A stretch of 63,379 nt of DNA, the filler included, from Octopus bimaculoides (Eukaryota), in NCBI RefSeq assembly GCF_001194135.2. It is 6 parts of 5 records of this genome, joined end to end, with 100 filler letters (N's around TTAATTAATTAA, not from the genome) between each part and the next. Parts side by side here need not be neighbours in the genome. Positions count along the whole stretch, not along the records: positions 1 to 25,738 come from NC_068983.1; 5 more parts are not named here. One strand, written 5' to 3'. Of the stretch, positions 1-10,311 are shown piece by piece. Within the stretch, counting starts at the first letter, position 1, and every line of letters begins with the position of its first letter. The notes beneath the pieces were generated by a model, which saw nothing but the letters and a program-made list of their open reading frames with translations, was not told where the DNA came from and ran no database searches. The translations under genes were made by a program, and so were the position numbers.

Positions 1-5
1 ATACA

Positions 6-53
<48 letters not shown>

Positions 54-409
54 GAAAGTATCTGTCATTACAGTATCGAAATGTGATTGTTTCAGTTAGT
101 AGAATAGTTTCATTTTTAAAGTGAAAGTATTTGACATGAGTGTTTTTGACTAAAACAACTGGGACCCTAAGTAAGGCATCTGTAAAATTTGAATGAAATT
201 GGTTGCGTAGTTCTCGAGTTTTAGGGATTCACACACACACACAGACAGACAGACACACATTCTCATTTTTATATATATAGATATATACCCATGTAACTTG
301 TAAAAGTTTTTTTCTCTGCAAAATTGGGTATTTGACTGTGGAGCCAGTGAAAGATTGAATGTTTTTTATCCCCACTTTCCTTGGATTATATACATATATA
401 TATGAAGTA

Positions 410-865
410 ATATAAACAGCAAGGCACAACATAAGACCATAAAGAAAGAATTTTATCATCACTAACTGTGACCAAGGTTGCTGAAGCACCTATATTGCAA
501 TAAATAAGAGTTAAAAACTTTTAATGCTCTATGAAGTGCACAATATATATAGACTGTCAGGGGATATAACCACCCCATGAGCGAATCTAGGATCACTGGA
601 CTATACTAGTGTCACTTATAGGCTTGTCAGCAGTGACTACTCAATCGCTTGATGATTTGGCTAAGTCAGTCTGTCATTATGTTGGCTGATTTAGCAAAAT
701 GCGTATATTAAAAATTAATATAAACAGCTAGGCGCAGTATTAGACACTAAAGGAAAAATTTTATCATCACTAATTGTGAGTGTGTGTGCTGAAGCACCCA
801 TATTTCAAGAAATAAGAGTTAAAACCACTTTAACGCTGTATGAAATGCACAATATATATACACTG
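410..865 (+). repeat. Two diverged ~150-bp direct repeats (410-556, 719-865) flanking a hammerhead-like hairpin; probable Penelope-type terminal repeat remnant
   Basis: Both copies run from ATATAAACAGC...ATCATCACTAA...GCTGAAGCACC...AAATAAGAGTTAAAA to GCACAATATATATAxACTG. The spacer contains TTGATGA, a 12-bp stem, then AAAATGCGTA. Confidence 0.5.
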
Positions 866-1627
866 ATATATTTTTAAAATCCTTTTATACCTGCATTGTA
901 CTCCAATTGAATTTTTTGTTGCATCTACCTTAATGTAGCTAGGTTTGAATTTACGTACTTGTTAATTGCTGTTACTTTCACAAATACTTTTATTCAATTT
1001 GCTAAATATCTTTTACTTGCTTCAATCATTTGACTCTGGGGTTAGCCAAAAAAATCCACCCCAGTAAGTCTGATACTTAGTGTATAACCACAACATTACA
1101 GAAACTTACATCAGCCAACACCAGTTGTCAAGCTGTGGTGAGGGAAGAAACACAATGCACACACACACACATACAACAGGATTCTTTCAATTTCTGTCTA
1201 CCAATTCCATTCACAGGGCTTTGGTCAGCCCAGGGCTGTAGTAGAAGACTAGCCAAGGTGTTGCACAGTGGGACTGAACCTGGAACCATGTTGCAAAATG
1301 AGCTTTGTAACCACACAGCTTTTTTTTCTTTTGCATTGAAACTTTTATTTTAACTTTCTTACAGGTGTTCTATAGTGACAGTATGAACTATAATCATTAA
1401 TGTATGCATAGAAGTTCATATGAAAATACACACATGGACATACATTACACACACACATAATTCACATTTGCAACATTCATTTAGTCTCCTGTTTTTTTTT
1501 TTGGGGGGGGGGGGTTTGTCATTTTTTTCAGTGTCAGTGTATGTGTATCTTTTATTTACCTCTCTTCCTCCCTCTCCATTTGCAGATTAAGTTTTTATTT
1601 TATTAGATATTGCTCTTTTATCTCTAG

Positions 1628-1852
1628 GTTACTCGTGAATCTGGTCCACCTCATATGAAAACTTTTGTCACCCAGTGTTCTGTTGGTGAGTTTGTTACAG
1701 AAGCTGAGGGAAACAGCAAGCAGGTCTCTAAGAAGAGAGCCGCCGAGTCAATGTTGGAAGAACTGAAGAATTTGCAACCTCTTCCTCCAACATCAGTACG
1801 CCCAAAAGCCAAATCAACCACTAGCAAGAAGAAAAATAGGAACCTCATAAAG
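1628..1852 (+). CDS. stau: Staufen exon encoding most of dsRBD3 and the basic linker
   Basis: Acceptor tctctag|GTT at 1627/1628 and donor AAG|gtttgc at 1852/1853. The 225 nt translate as [54 protein letters not shown]...KKKNRNLIK, matching Staufen dsRBD3 ([34 protein letters not shown]). Confidence 0.93.
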
Positions 1853-3028
1853 GTTTGCTATTTGTTTTGAAAATTTTTCAGTCTCTTCAGGAATGGCATA
1901 ACATCAGATGAGAATGATATTTTATTGATTTAAACAAAAAAGAAATTTTTATTCTAATATGATGCCTATTCTATGTAAAAATTTAAATTGGAAGAATGTT
2001 TTACATTTCAGGGTTAGTAAGATAATTTCTTGAAGAATTATAAGAAAGTGAGAACAATGCATACAGTTCAGAAAGGTATAGATGAACTATAACTAGCTGG
2101 GAATTAAAATCATCATGGTCTCTATTCACTGAGAAGTACTGCAGCTGCAAAAGAATGAAAATTTGTAATAGTATTCCAGTTGATGGATTAATTGTTAGGG
2201 CTGACCAACTCTCTCTCTCTGCTTAAAATTCTCTGCTCCTTACAAAAGAAATGAAATGGGTTAAGCATGAATAGCATAGGTACAGATGTGGTTAAAGGTG
2301 TAGGCATGACTATATGCTAAGAAGTTTGCTTCATTCTATAAGTCTTTTTTGCCAAACCACTAAGTTACAGGGATATAAACAAACCAAGTAATTGGTGAGG
2401 CACAAAAATAAACACACACATATATATGAAAGGTTTCTTTAAGTTTCCATCGATTAGATCTACACAAAAGGCTTTGGTTAGCCTGGAACTATAGTAGAAA
2501 ACCCTAGCCCAAGGTACCATGCAATAGTATTGAACCCAGAACCATGTGGTTAGCAAACAAACTTATTACAACACCTGCTCCTTCATGCTCATGTTAATAT
2601 CTTAGCTCCTTAACATCACAACTGTGTAGCCCTATTCCTTTGTACCATCATCAACTTATATGCAAATCATTAGCATCATGTCCTATATCTCCATGCTGGT
2701 GCAAATTGAGCATTTCTCTGTGCCACTTGACCTTGTGTTGTCCCACTTCAAAAAATTAAATATTTTCAGGTCTGAAGTAAACTACCACTTCTCATTTCTT
2801 TCATGCATTGGCTATGCACAGATGTCTTCCACAGCATTTTTTCATACTGGGTTTTATTACATACAACAAAGAATGGTCTTGTTTTTAGCCTAAATACTAC
2901 TTGTAGCCAAATAAATGTCTTAACTATTCTAGCCATCAGTTTTCCCTATCCAATCTGCTGCATCACTTACATTCACCTCTCTGTAACTTGAAAGTCTACC
3001 CTGACACATCTTTAGCACACACCTTCTT

Positions 3029-3078
<50 letters not shown>

Positions 3079-3719
3079 CCCTCTCTCTCCCTCCTCACTT
3101 CCCCCGTCTCTCTACCTGGGGTAGCCATGTATCTCCTTTACAGCAAAATGCATGTTTCTGCGTGTGTGTTATACTTTAATCTCATCATTTGGCATGAAAC
3201 CACCTCCTTTTATGCTACATACCCCTCAGTTTAGGGATCATATTTTGCAAGTTACTTGATGACTTCAATGGTACTGATATCATGTAAAAAGCATCCATTA
3301 CACTCTGTCAAGTGATTGGCATTAGGAAGGGTCTCCTACTGTAGAAACCATGCCAAAGCAAGACAATAGAGATTGGTGCAGTCCTGTGGCCCACCACCTC
3401 CTGTTGGGCCATCTACCCCATGCTGGCATGGAAAATGGGCACTAATATATATATATATATAACTTTTATAAAGAATATTCTAAAAGAATATGTAACTGAA
3501 CTTATATTGAGTGCTCTATTATTTTGAGCAAATAAAAATATATATATGTGTGTTTTTATATTATTAATAAATTCATAAAATTATCAATAATATTCGCAGG
3601 AAATCAATATTTAATATTTAAATTTCGAAAGATATATATCCAATATGACATGGTAATATAATAAATTTAAAATTTTAAATACACGAAATATAAATATATA
3701 TAAAAATATGAATGTAGAT

Positions 3720-4126
3720 AAAGATACATGTAAATATAAATGCATATATATAAATACATGATCTATTGAATATGTGGTGATACTTGTGTTCTGTGGGGAA
3801 GCATTTTTTAATTATATTAAGAAATTTTTTTGCTAAGCCTTTGACTTTTAAGGAAAATGGAGGTGTACACCATATAATTTGTCTATTTGAGCTCCACTTA
3901 GGTAATTTTTGGTATTTATCTAATGATTTTAGGAAGTGTATATTATTCATAGGATGTTTATTTTGATGTTTAGTTCTTTGAGTTTTACTATTTTTAGAAT
4001 TTTTATTATATTGTGTATAATTTTTATGTTTTATTTTTAATTGTATATTATTGGTGCATGTGGTATTGTCTTTATTTTGTATTTTGTTATTTTCTATAGT
4101 ATTGTTTAGTTCTAATTGTGCTATGT
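3720..4126 (-). mobile_element. Penelope-like element fragment (RT-endonuclease linker region), cut by a gap
   Basis: Minus ORF contains RQIIWCTPPFSLKVKGLAKKFLNIIKKCFPTEHKYHHIFNR, resembling the PLE motif IIWFNPPFS..V.TNIG..FL.LI.KHFP...H.IFNR. Confidence 0.7.
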
Positions 4127-4968
4127 NNNNNNNNNNNNNNNNNNNNNNNNNNNNNNNNNNNNNNNNNNNNNNNNNNNNNNNNNNNNNNNNNNNNNNNNNN
4201 NNNNNNNNNNNNNNNNNNNNNNNNNNNNNNNNNNNNNNNNNNNNNNNNNNNNNNNNNNNNNNNNNNNNNNNNNNNNNNNNNNNNNNNNNNNNNNNNNNNN
4301 NNNNNNNNNNNNNNNNNNNNNNNNNNNNNNNNNNNNNNNNNNNNNNNNNNNNNNNNNNNNNNNNNNNNNNNNNNNNNNNNNNNNNNNNNNNNNNNNNNNN
4401 NNNNNNNNNNNNNNNNNNNNNNNNNNNNNNNNNNNNNNNNNNNNNNNNNNNNNNNNNNNNNNNNNNNNNNNNNNNNNNNNNNNNNNNNNNNNNNNNNNNN
4501 NNNNNNNNNNNNNNNNNNNNNNNNNNNNNNNNNNNNNNNNNNNNNNNNNNNNNNNNNNNNNNNNNNNNNNNNNNNNNNNNNNNNNNNNNNNNNNNNNNNN
4601 NNNNNNNNNNNNNNNNNNNNNNNNNNNNNNNNNNNNNNNNNNNNNNNNNNNNNNNNNNNNNNNNNNNNNNNNNNNNNNNNNNNNNNNNNNNNNNNNNNNN
4701 NNNNNNNNNNNNNNNNNNNNNNNNNNNNNNNNNNNNNNNNNNNNNNNNNNNNNNNNNNNNNNNNNNNNNNNNNNNNNNNNNNNNNNNNNNNNNNNNNNNN
4801 NNNNNNNNNNNNNNNNNNNNNNNNNNNNNNNNNNNNNNNNNNNNNNNNNNNNNNNNNNNNNNNNNNNNNNNNNNNNNNNNNNNNNNNNNNNNNNNNNNNN
4901 NNNNNNNNNNNNNNNNNNNNNNNNNNNNNNNNNNNNNNNNNNNNNNNNNNNNNNNNNNNNNNNNNNNN

Positions 4969-5017
<49 letters not shown>

Positions 5018-5559
5018 AATGAAAGACGGAAGATGGAATATATGAGAATTTATTATTAATCACGACAATTGTTTTGACACATCTAGCATCGGTTCCTCAT
5101 GGGTGGGACACTCAACAACTGGTTCAGGAGCATCTGGTGCTGCAGATGTATCTCGTCGGGTGATAAATAAATACAACTCATTAATGTAACTGTTCTGCAA
5201 TGTAACTTTGCATTTTGTAGAAAGAAAAGCAGCCAGATGGAAGAAATGCCTTCATTTACCTAGAAGATCAAAAATAAAATCACAGATAGCAAAAAGAGAA
5301 ACGAACACTCAGTCCAGCAAAAAAAGTATTAGAAATAACCGTTAACAAATATGGATGTATAAATGCCCTCGGGCAAGCTGCATGGTGCAAGTACACTCGC
5401 TCATACAAGCATTCGCACAAATGTGAGCATATGCACACGTGAGGTTTGGTGCACTCATGATCACAAAGTGAGTTAGCTATCTACTTGGTGTTTGTAAGAA
5501 TGGGGAGGTTAAAAGTAAACCTAAGTCATCCATACCTTAAAGTAAATGAAATTATATTG

Positions 5560-7965
5560 AAGGTTACTCAAAATTCATTCCCACTGCATTGTGCAACAGA
5601 AATTCTATTAATGATCTTCCCGTTAGTCCACAGAATAGAAGGGGAATCCTCAGAACAGAGACGGCATCTCCTGGAATTTATATTGTATGGTTTCACGTAC
5701 CTTACAATGGACCAATTTATGCTGTACTTCATTTTATCCTCCTTCAGTCACCATACAAAATCTGCCAAAGATGTTGAATGTCTCTTATTGATTGTCTTAA
5801 AGCTGGCAACATGGTTACAATAACGTTTCTTAAATGAATCAGCCATCTGCCCAATGTAAACATATAGTCCTCCTCTTGTGTACACGGTACATTTATATAC
5901 AAAATTTGTACTCTTACAGAAATTCATCAAAGGATATTTTGATTTTTCTCTGCATGAGCATTTATCATATTTATTTGTATATAAGGCAGTCCTGACACCA
6001 TTTACCAGCGTTGTTACCATATTAGCTGTATCATAAGTATTTCTACTACTACAAATTGATTGTAATTGGTGTTTACCATTGCAGTTTACATCTCCTTGGT
6101 TGGTATTTAGATGCAAATGTTCACTAGATCCAGTAGGAGGGTTACTGAATTTTGCTATTGTTTATGCAATGCATAAGCTGCTCTAAATTAGCAGAGTTGG
6201 TGTAGGATACCTTCACAGTGTGTGGATTAAAAATAGCATGATACTGATTAAATTTAGGAAAACACTTATCCAAAGCAGCAAAAAATTTTCCATCAATCTT
6301 GGTTGAATTATGCAAATTGAAAATTGGGTTGAACCAGAGGATATCCTGATTCCTATATCTGTTGTTAGGCTTATTAAATCAAGTGTGTTGTACAGGATTG
6401 GAACAAGCAGTTGGATTATTATGTCGCGTGTGTCTGAGTTTTTGTTGGTAGTTCATTGATATGACCAATTCTTCCTGGCCTGTATTCTTTATCTGAGTGA
6501 GTTCTGAAACTGTAACGTTGTGGTGGTATACAATGTGCTTCACAGTTGGAGGAATTACCAGTGTTGTGTATGCCCTTTCTTGTATATATTGAATTTTTTC
6601 ACAGTACCCAGCCCTAGCTAGAGCAGCATTATAATAAGTTGCATGTGATTCGAAAATTTTGTTATTAGCAGATAATCTAGAGATTCTTGTAGAAATATTC
6701 TTAACTAGTCCCTATATAATCGAGAGTGGATAGTTGCATGCTACATTAATGTACTTAATACGATCATTTGGCTTATGAAATGGTTCGAATAATCCAGTAT
6801 CGAGACAGAAGGTAGCATCAAGAAAATTCACTCTACGATAATCTTTACCCATAGTAATGTTTAGTACTAAATTTTTGACAAGTGTAAAGAAATTTTTTGT
6901 ATGCCTTTCTGACTGTACTTTGCTACATCTGTCCAGAAAAAATAAGGCATCATTCTTATATAGACCCCTTGTTACTTTTGGAAAGGAAGAGTGGATTAAT
7001 GAAAAGATATATATATTCCAACTAGGTCACTGGCCTGAGCAGAATCATATGAGCCCATTGCTATATCAAATGAATTCTCCCTATCTAATCTACTCCATAA
7101 TCTACCATCAAAATCTACTAGAGTGGCTTACACGTGAAGTATAATATCTATTTCACATCAGAACAAATCAGAATTTTTCATGCTAAAAATCAGGGCTTGA
7201 TTAAGAATGATCAAGTCAATAGTCGCATAATAGCTCTCTATATCTAGTTGCAAGAATTTACTATTCTTACTAATTTCTAGAAGCTTAAACCAACCAACTA
7301 CCTCTTGGGTATCGGACCAGTGGGCTAATCTAATTTTAGACTTAAGGAAGGGTATTACCCTATCAATGATTTTTTTACTAATAATGCCTATATTGGATTT
7401 AGAAGGATAAATCAATCTAACTGAGGAGTTGATAAGAAAGTTAGGTTTATGGGTTTTTGAGGGACGTAGGGTTTGGTTCTATCATCTATTGCTAGATCTC
7501 TGATGATTTGTAGCTCTGTATTGTTAATTCTTTTTAATGTCATTACTAGTGTGTCTATATTTGCTGTGTCATTTCTTCCTAATTATAGACTTATATAGTT
7601 CAATATCAACAATGTAAATGTTACTTGTTTTGTCCACTGGTAAAAGTATCCCCAGAGCTTTATTGAAGTCAACAAGTAATTTTCTGATTTTTTGTTGATG
7701 TATATTACACCTTCTAGGGTACTTCCTGAACTTCATGTTCTTAACCATACTATATGATTTTTCTTCAAACCTGGTTAGGTGTTGGTTAGTCGGAGGGTTC
7801 CTTCTGGATTTGAATACTTTTCTGAGTAGGTCACCATGTTTAGGTTTGTTGAAAAAGAAAGCTTTCCACCGCATTCTACATACAAATTGGTTTTCTTCAA
7901 AAGATCACATGTATAATCCTTCCTACTGGGTATAGATATGTCCTTTAGCGAAACATCCAGTGTTA
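5560..7965 (-). mobile_element. Degenerate, near-complete Penelope-like retroelement (RT plus C-terminal GIY-YIG endonuclease)
   Basis: Collinear minus-strand segments: MRWKAFFF...DKTSNIY (7569-7874), INPSKSNIG...LQLDIESYYATI (7158-7415), GLYKNDA...VNFLDATFCLDTG, then CSCREK...VYKCTV...YVYIGQMADSFKKRYCNHVASF (5748-6116). Stops and frameshifts are present. Confidence 0.85.
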
Positions 7966-7974
7966 TTTTATCCA

Positions 7975-9043
7975 TCATCATCATCATCATCGTTTAACGT
8001 CTACTATCCATGCTAGCATGGGTTGGATGATTTGACTGAGGACTGGCGAACCAGATGGCTGCACCAGGCTCCAATCTGATCTGGCAGAGTTTCTACAGCT
8101 GGATACCCTTCCTAACGCCAACCACTCCGAGAGTGTAGTGGGTGCTTTTAGATGCCACCAGCACAATGGCCAGTCAGGCAGTACTGGCAACAACCACGCT
8201 CAAAATGGTGTTTTTTACATGCCACCTGCACAGGAACCAGTCCAGTGGCACTGGCAATGATGTCGCTTCAATGTTTTTTCACGTTCCACCGGCACATTGC
8301 CAGTAAGGCGACGCTGGTAACGATCACGCTCAAATGATGCTATTTACGTGCCGCTGGCACGGAAGCCAGACAGCTGCTCTCGCAATGATCACACTCAGGC
8401 AGGGCTGTTAGCACTCCACTGGCACAGGTGCCAGTCATCGAATTTGGTTCAATTACGATTTTGATTTCACTTGCCCCAACAGGTCTTCGCAAGCAGAGTT
8501 TAGTGTCCAATGAAGGAAAGGTTGGCATGGGTGCCAGTCGTCGAATTTGGTTTGATTTCCATTTCACTTGCCTCAAGAGGTCTTCGCAAGCAGAGTTTAG
8601 TGTCCAGTGAAGGAAAGGTACGCATAAGTGGGCTGGCTATCCTCATCCATTCTTGCCACATGATCATACCAGCGCAATCATCTCCCTTGCAGACCACAAC
8701 TGATGCTTCTTAGGCCCAAATTTTCTCTCAAGGCACTTACACTCTGGAGTATGAACACTGACATTACACATCCATCAGAGCATACTGGCTTCATTTCTTG
8801 TGAGCTTACGCTTGTCCTCAGCAATCGTGGCCCATGTTTCACTGCCATGTAGCATGGCTGTTCGTACGGATGCGTCATACAGTCTGCCTTTTACTCTGAG
8901 CGAGAGGCCCTTTGTCACCAGCAGAGGTAAGAGCTCCCTGAATTTTGCCCAAGCTATTCTCATTCTAGCAGGTACACTTTCAGCGCACCCTCCCCCACTA
9001 CTGACTTGGTCACCTAGATAGCGGAAGCTATCAACTACGTCTA
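7975..9043 (-). mobile_element. 5'-truncated RTE-family LINE copy (RT C-terminus plus 3' UTR with (ATG)n tail)
   Basis: Minus ORF RIAWAKFRELLPLLVTKGLSLRVKGRLYDASVRTAMLHGSETWA. Reverse complement of the element at 11802-12708. Tail reads GACGTTAAACGATGATGATG on the minus strand. Confidence 0.9.
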
Positions 9044-9103
9044 TATAGCAGCCCCAATTCTAGGTTAGGCTCAAAACTTTTGAGACACCCCTTGTATATT
9101 GTG

Positions 9104-9142
<39 letters not shown>

Positions 9143-9169
9143 CATATATGCTGTGACTGAGAAGATCCA

Positions 9170-9440
9170 GCAAACAAGGTGAGTTCACAGCTGTAACCTA
9201 CACAAGTGTCACATAACCAGCCCACTCAAAAGTAACTTGGATCGTAGGGTGACATACTGTCCTTGAGGAGACCTATTGAGTCAAGTGCTTCAAAATCAAA
9301 ATGAAATGTAAATTGTAGTTATGATCCTCGTGCCAGTGGCAAGTAAAAAGCACCATTCAAACATGGCCAATGCCAGCACCACCTTGACAAGCTTCCGTGC
9401 TGGTGGCACGTAAAACCACCAAACAATCGTGATTGCCAGA
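9170..9440 (+). mobile_element. Partial non-coding repeat of the same family as 13300-13830
   Basis: Shares GTGAGxTCACAGCTG...GGAGACCTATTGAGTCAA and GCCAGTGGCA..TAAAA subrepeats with 13306-13460. Confidence 0.6.
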
Positions 9441-9470
9441 TGGTGATGATGATCACACACACACACACAC

Positions 9471-9504
<34 letters not shown>

Positions 9505-9666
9505 TACATATATACATATATGTATATATATTACATATATATTTTTATATTATATATATATATACATATATACTATGTAAATATNNNNNNNNNNNNNNNN
9601 NNNNNNNNNNNNNNNNNNNNNNNNNNNNNNNNNNNNNNNNNNNNNNNNNNNNNNNNNNNNNNNNNN

Positions 9667-10211
9667 AATAACCGGTTTCGTGTAGTCTTTTCAAATTTCT
9701 CTACTTCTTTGTAACGTGTTCGCTCCAGTCTGAAAAAGAAGAGTTCTAGATAGGGGGAGGTAATTAGGGATTTCTTCCGGTATAGGGGAGATAATCGAAA
9801 TCTAGGAGGTGGTAGAATTTGATTAATTTACCATGGTTTTCTTCTATATTTTTTTCCCTTTTTTCTCAGTGGGGTGATGAATTTCCTTATTTAAATGTGT
9901 TAGCAATGGTTAAGTTTGGGTTTGTATTTTTGAATGAAAAAGGTTTCCTTATTTAATCTAATCTGTGTTGGTGTTTTAATGGCACATTGATAAAAAGGAA
10001 AGAATATAAATTGTGGTAGCATTTGTTTTGCGCATTTCTCAATATGAACACTAAAAGCTATCATTCGGTATTCTGGGTATGCAATCTGCTGGCGGTGTAG
10101 AGTGCATCTACGTCTGAGCGATAATCCTGTGGACCCTATGTAGTTCTCATGGCAGCCTAAGCATCTTATTACATAAATAAGATTTTCTGAGGTACAAGTA
10201 AAGTTAGATTT
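9667..10211 (-). mobile_element. 3' part of a second Penelope-like family (GIY-YIG domain plus 3' region)
   Basis: KSNFTCTSENLIYVIRCLGCHENYIGSTGLSLRRRCTLHRQQI...FFPFY...RLNKETFFIQKYKPKLN contains the LIY-x-YIG GIY-YIG motif, with R, H, E and N at the expected spacing. Confidence 0.85.
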
Positions 10212-10311
10212 NNNNNNNNNNNNNNNNNNNNNNNNNNNNNNNNNNNNNNNNNNNNNNNNNNNNNNNNNNNNNNNNNNNNNNNNNNNNNNNNNNNNNNNNN
10301 NNNNNNNNNNN

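Noticed and set aside
1867-1915. Minus-strand CTGAAGAG ACT GAAA AATT TTC as a hammerhead beside the splice donor
   Set aside because: There is no real stem II and stem I does not pair.
4051-5059. Long ORFs made mostly of X, here and at the other gaps
   Set aside because: They are artefacts of reading through N runs.
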